A stretch of DNA of 45,605 nt, taken from IMG/VR virus record IMGVR_UViG_3300045988_018139. One strand, 5' to 3'. This document shows positions 42,036 through 45,605 of the stretch, in pieces; the stretch's first letter is position 1; each line of letters begins with the position of its first letter. The notes under the pieces were generated by a model, which saw only the letters and a list, made by a program, of their open reading frames with translations, was not told the origin of the DNA and searched no databases. This DNA comes from a virus. The translations under genes and the position numbers were made by a program.

Positions 42036-43363
42036 GCGCTTAACTCCTCTCTGATTAAGTGGGGGCAGTTGGCCTGGACCAGCACCTTGGCCATGATGGG
42101 GACCACACTGTTGCCAATGCGGGCCACCTGTTCCTTGATGGGGTAGGGCTTGCCCTCGCAGTCATGGGTGATGATGTAATCCGCCGGAAAGCCCTGCATG
42201 AGCTTGAGCTCCGGCTCCGCTTTCAGCATCCGCAGGAAGATGTCCTTTAGGATGTATTGCTCCCCATCCAGCTCCGCCACCACGTTCACCAGGCCAAAGC
42301 GGTCCTTTGTGGTGATAGTGGCCAAAGGCTCCTCAAGGGTCTGCCCTCCGCCGGTGCCGTAGTATTTGATGAGAAAAGCGGACACCAGCCCGAAGTGGCC
42401 GGGGGAGGTGGTGATGGTGTGCAGAGGCTCCCAGCAGCTCTGGCCGATGCCGGTTTTGTAAAACTTGGTGACAAAGGCTGTCACCAGGCCATAGCGGTTG
42501 CTGGTGTCAATGGTCTTGATGGGCTCGGTCAAAAGCTGGCCTCTGGCATCCCCGGCTTTGGTTTCGCCGTGGTACTGGATGAGGAAAGACACGGCCTCTT
42601 TGTTTTTCACGATGTAGGGGGCCGGGTTTTCCACCACATACTTGCGGTATCCGTTGGCAATTCGGCGCAGAGTAGCGTCTGCCAGAGGCTTGGGCCGATT
42701 GAAGATTGACCGTCCTAAATCGGACCAGTCTATAAAGTCACCGCAGGGGACCCATTTCTCTGTGCCGGGGCAGCCCTCTTTGCTGTGCGTTGGGGCTGGC
42801 CAGATGATGGGCCGCTTGTCCCGCCTAAAAATGGCATACCACCGTTTTCTTGTGGTGGGGGCTCCATAGTCGGCGGCCACCAGTTCACGGCTGTCAAAGG
42901 CATATCCCAGGGCACACATGGCGGAGATGAATTTGTTGTAATCCTCTCCGGCTCTTTCTTTGATTGGCCTGCCGGTAGCATCCAGAGGACCCCATTGCTG
43001 GATTTCCTCCACATTCTCCATGATGATGACCTCCGGCAATATGGTCTTTGCGTGTTTGTAGACGGCCCAGGGCAGGATGCGGAGCCCCTGGTGGCGGGGC
43101 TGGCCGCCCTTAGCCTTGGAGTGGCTGGTGCAGTCCGGGGAGGCCCACATCAGGTCAACCGGCCTGCCAGCCACATATTTGGGCAGGTCAACGGTGAAAA
43201 TGTCCTCCGTCAGATGCAGGGTGTGGGGGTGGTTGACCTTGTGGATGAGGATGGCCTCCGGGTCGTGGTTGATGGCAATGTCAATGGGACGGTTGAGGGC
43301 CAGCTCAATGCCTTTGCTGGCCCCTCCGCCACCTGCAAAACAGTCAATGAGCAGTCCGTTCAT
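42032..43363 (-). CDS. DNA (cytosine-5)-methyltransferase
   Basis: Motif I DCFAGGGG, motif IV ASPDCTSHS and motif VI IIMENV are present. The ATG at 43361-43363 follows AAGGAG. The N-terminal 67 aa of the listed ORF are rejected. Confidence 0.8.
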   Translation of the reverse strand: MNGLLIDCFAGGGGASKGIELALNRPIDIAINHDPEAILIHKVNHPHTLHLTEDIFTVDLPKYVAGRPVDLMWASPDCTSHSKAKGGQPRHQGLRILPWAVYKHAKTILPEVIIMENVEEIQQWGPLDATGRPIKERAGEDYNKFISAMCALGYAFDSRELVAADYGAPTTRKRWYAIFRRDKRPIIWPAPTHSKEGCPGTEKWVPCGDFIDWSDLGRSIFNRPKPLADATLRRIANGYRKYVVENPAPYIVKNKEAVSFLIQYHGETKAGDARGQLLTEPIKTIDTSNRYGLVTAFVTKFYKTGIGQSCWEPLHTITTSPGHFGLVSAFLIKYYGTGGGQTLEEPLATITTKDRFGLVNVVAELDGEQYILKDIFLRMLKAEPELKLMQGFPADYIITHDCEGKPYPIKEQVARIGNSVVPIMAKVLVQANCPHLIREELSA

Positions 43364-43409
43364 GCGGGTGTTTCTCCTTTGTGTTTTTTTCCGCCGGAAA
43401 AAATGGCGG

Positions 43410-43607
43410 TCAATCGGGCCGGAAACCATGCCGGGCAAGGTAGCGCTCCGCCTGCTGTTCCTGAGTGAAATGGCGGCTCTTGCGGCGCTCCCGGTCCCGC
43501 CCATAGACAACGGTGGAGCCGATGCCCTGCACCAGCCAATAGTCCTTGTTGTTTTTGCGGACAAGGTTGTAATAGACGGCCTCGCCTTTATCGTTTACCA
43601 TGTGCAT
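43410..43607 (-). CDS. Hypothetical small protein (65 aa)
   Basis: AGGAGG RBS precedes the ATG at 43605-43607. Only the tail of listed ORF 43410..44138 is credible, because the rest overlaps PolA in another frame. Confidence 0.55.
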   Translation of the reverse strand: MHMVNDKGEAVYYNLVRKNNKDYWLVQGIGSTVVYGRDRERRKSRHFTQEQQAERYLARHGFRPD

Positions 43608-43623
43608 GGTCCTGGCCTCCTTT

Positions 43624-45605
43624 TTAGTCTTTGGTAAAGTAGTAGCCCACCCAGCCAGCCGCCTTGAGCGGCAGGTCAGGGGCCCAGGGGACCGGCTCCC
43701 CCATGATGGAGCAGACGGTGCCCAGCATGGCGTCCTCCGTGTCCCAGGGGGCCACATCAATGACCACCTCGTCATGGACGTGGAACACCACCGGGAGCCC
43801 GGCGGCCTCCAGCCGGTCAATGGACAGGGCCAGGCAGTCACGGGCAATGGCCTGGACGCAGTTCTCCACCAGCTTGCCGCCGTAGGTTTCAATGCGTTTC
43901 CACCGTTTGGTTTTCTGGTCCATGCCCATGTAGGAGATGGAGGGCCGCCCCCATTCGTTCTGGCCAATGCTGGGGCTGATATAGTAGAGCTTGCGGTCAG
44001 AGGGGAGCCGGATGGTGAGGCAGTCCACGCCGTTGTCATAGTCATACTCACGGGCCAGCAGCAGGCCGTTGACGCCCACGCTGCCGCCCTCGGTGATGAC
44101 CTGGACGGCGGCATTGTCCATGGAATACCACAGGTCACGGATGCGCTTGTTGGCCTCCCGCCAGCGGCTCACGATGTCCGGCAGCTCCTCCTCAGTGAGC
44201 CCCATGTCCAGGGCTCCCATGGTGATGAGGGCCCCGGTGCTGCCCTGGTAGCCCAGGGCCAGCTCTGCCACCTTGCCCTTTTGCCGGAGCGCATACTCTG
44301 GATTGCCCTTTTTGATGAGCTCCAGAGGCACCCCAAACATCTGGGAGGCAGAGGCCTCATAGATTTTGCCGTGGGTGCGGAACACCTCCAGCCGCCATTG
44401 TTCCTTGGCCAGCCATGAGATGACACGGGCCTCAATGGCGGAAAAGTCGGCGTCAATCAGTACATGGCCCTCCGGGGCCACAAAGGCCGTGCGGATGAGC
44501 TGGCTGAGGGTGTCGGGCACGCTGCCATAGATGAGCCGCAGGGCATCCAGCTTGCGGGCCTTGACCAGCTCACGGGCCAGGTCCAGCGGCTCCGTGTAGG
44601 TCCGGGGCAGGTTTTGCACCTGCACCAGCCGCCCGGCCCAGCGCCCGGTCCTGTTCGCTCCGTAAAACTGGAGCAGGCCCCGGACACGTCCATCCGCACA
44701 GACAGCGGCCTCAATGGCGTCATATTTCTTGGTGGAGGTCTTGCCCAGCTCTTGGCGTATCTCCAGCATCCGGCTCACCTGGGGGCTGTTATCGTCCCGG
44801 CCCAGCAGGCGGGCAACGGTGTCTTTTCTCAGGTCGGCCAGCTCCTCACCAATTTCCTCCTGGAGCCAGGTGGTGAGCTGGGCCACGCTGTTGGGGTTGG
44901 ACAGGCCGGAGAGCTGCATGGCCTCCGCCATGAGCGTCTGGCGCACGGTGTCCCCCAGATAGAGGGCCCCGGTGACCAGCTCCAGGTCCACGGCCACGCC
45001 CCTGGCGTTGATGATGAGGTCGGTTTCCCATTGCTTTTGCACCCAATCCGGGACCGGGAAAGCGGAGAGCCGCCGCTCAATCTCCATTTCCGTCACCACG
45101 TCCTGCTTGCAGTATTCTTTGAAAAGCTCCCATTTGGCGGGGTCATGCTGGGGCAGGTTGCGGGTCCTCTGGCCGTTGGCCTTGGAGGGCTTGCAGGGGA
45201 TGCAGAAATAGCGGATGAGCGCCTTGCCGGTGTTGAGCTTTTGCTTGTCCTGGGGGAGCCCCAGGGCCTTGCCGGTGGCGTCCAGGCCTGCCGTGTAGCC
45301 GCAATAGAGGCCGTGGAACATGGTGCAGCGCCATTGGTCCGGCGGCAGGGTGCCCATGAATTTGGAGAGGCAGCCCCACTCAAAGGGGGCGTTGTAGGCG
45401 TGCTTGATGTACTCCGGGCTGGTGATGGCCTGGACCAGCCACGGGGGGAGCCGTTCCCCCCGTGCCAGGTCGATGATTTCAACAGGCGCACCATCCAGGC
45501 TGAACGCAAAGAGCAGGATTTCAAAGTCCGGGCTCTGGATGTATTTCTGGGCACCGGCCTTTGCCAGCGGCACGCTGGAATAGGTTTCAAGGTCAATGCT
45601 GAGAT
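43624..45605 (-). CDS. Family-A DNA polymerase with 3'-5' exonuclease domain (gene completed at 78..84 across the circular junction, about 662 aa)
   Basis: The ExoI motif IDLETYS is seen only when the junction is read through. Also present are RTGRWAGRLVQVQNLP (motif A region) and HVHDEVV (motif C). Confidence 0.9.
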   Translation of the reverse strand, partial: LSIDLETYSSVPLAKAGAQKYIQSPDFEILLFAFSLDGAPVEIIDLARGERLPPWLVQAITSPEYIKHAYNAPFEWGCLSKFMGTLPPDQWRCTMFHGLYCGYTAGLDATGKALGLPQDKQKLNTGKALIRYFCIPCKPSKANGQRTRNLPQHDPAKWELFKEYCKQDVVTEMEIERRLSAFPVPDWVQKQWETDLIINARGVAVDLELVTGALYLGDTVRQTLMAEAMQLSGLSNPNSVAQLTTWLQEEIGEELADLRKDTVARLLGRDDNSPQVSRMLEIRQELGKTSTKKYDAIEAAVCADGRVRGLLQFYGANRTGRWAGRLVQVQNLPRTYTEPLDLARELVKARKLDALRLIYGSVPDTLSQLIRTAFVAPEGHVLIDADFSAIEARVISWLAKEQWRLEVFRTHGKIYEASASQMFGVPLELIKKGNPEYALRQKGKVAELALGYQGSTGALITMGALDMGLTEEELPDIVSRWREANKRIRDLWYSMDNAAVQVITEGGSVGVNGLLLAREYDYDNGVDCLTIRLPSDRKLYYISPSIGQNEWGRPSISYMGMDQKTKRWKRIETYGGKLVENCVQAIARDCLALSIDRLEAAGLPVVFHVHDEVVIDVAPWDTEDAMLGTVCSIMGEPVPWAPDLPLKAAGWVGYYFTKD

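Noticed and set aside
43410-44138. N-terminal extensions of several listed minus-strand ORFs (43410..44138, 42032..43564, 40524..41063, 40906..41193, 7806..8321, 5511..6335, 4348..5115, 3032..3658, 18674..19759, 15282..16115)
   Set aside because: The upstream parts overlap the preceding gene out of frame or cross non-coding islands. Internal ATG/GTG/TTG codons with AGGAGG-type RBSs give compact, coupled genes, and starts were moved accordingly.
45529-45605. 77-bp terminal repeat as a biological direct terminal repeat or cos end
   Set aside because: An exact overlap of typical assembler k-mer length that falls in the middle of the PolA coding sequence is far more consistent with circular-contig redundancy. 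It cannot be formally excluded without reads.

Overview
The window is a complete, circularly closed tailed-phage or prophage genome. Bases 1-77 are repeated exactly at 45529-45605, giving 45,528 bp of unique sequence, and the family-A DNA polymerase gene reads across that junction. Almost every real gene is on the minus strand, with strong AGGAGG-type RBSs, frequent ATGA/TAATG overlaps and several GTG/TTG starts. The long plus-strand ORFs are antisense shadows of GC-rich genes.

Gene order on the minus strand:
- Regulatory switch with two monocistronic XRE HTH genes (8102->7466).
- An IS30-family DDE transposase.
- Small HTH and RHH regulators.
- A stand-alone DGR target paralog.
- A membrane-anchored SLT transglycosylase.
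- A replication and recombination block: DUF2800 nuclease, DUF2815 SSB-like protein, PolA, C5-methyltransferase, ThyX, MazG-like protein, VirE primase-helicase, an iteron-like repeat array, VRR-NUC, SNF2.
- A DUF1492-like late regulator.
- TerS, TerL, portal, MuF, scaffold, capsid and connectors.
- A PBSX/Xkd-type contractile tail: sheath, tube, chaperone with -1 frameshift, tape measure, LysM protein, baseplate, fibre.
- A diversity-generating retroelement (avd-TR-RT-target).
- A lysis cassette.
- A two-gene plus-strand cassette (8221-8895) lies between the lysis genes and the switch.

Most notable observations:
1. A DGR whose 100-bp TR matches two variable regions with adenine-only mismatches. 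One VR is in a fibre-like protein next to the RT. The other is about 10 kb away in a small non-structural paralog.
2. A MuF head-morphogenesis protein with a C-terminal HExxH zincin-like domain, followed by a coupled small acidic ORF and a terminator. This has the architecture of a polymorphic toxin with its immunity gene.
3. Eleven copies of GGAACAT in dyad-symmetric, 12-bp-phased arrays downstream of the primase gene, which is a candidate origin.
4. No tyrosine or serine integrase was seen. The only recombinase is the IS30-type DDE enzyme.

All calls come from reading the sequence and ORF translations by eye. No database search was run.
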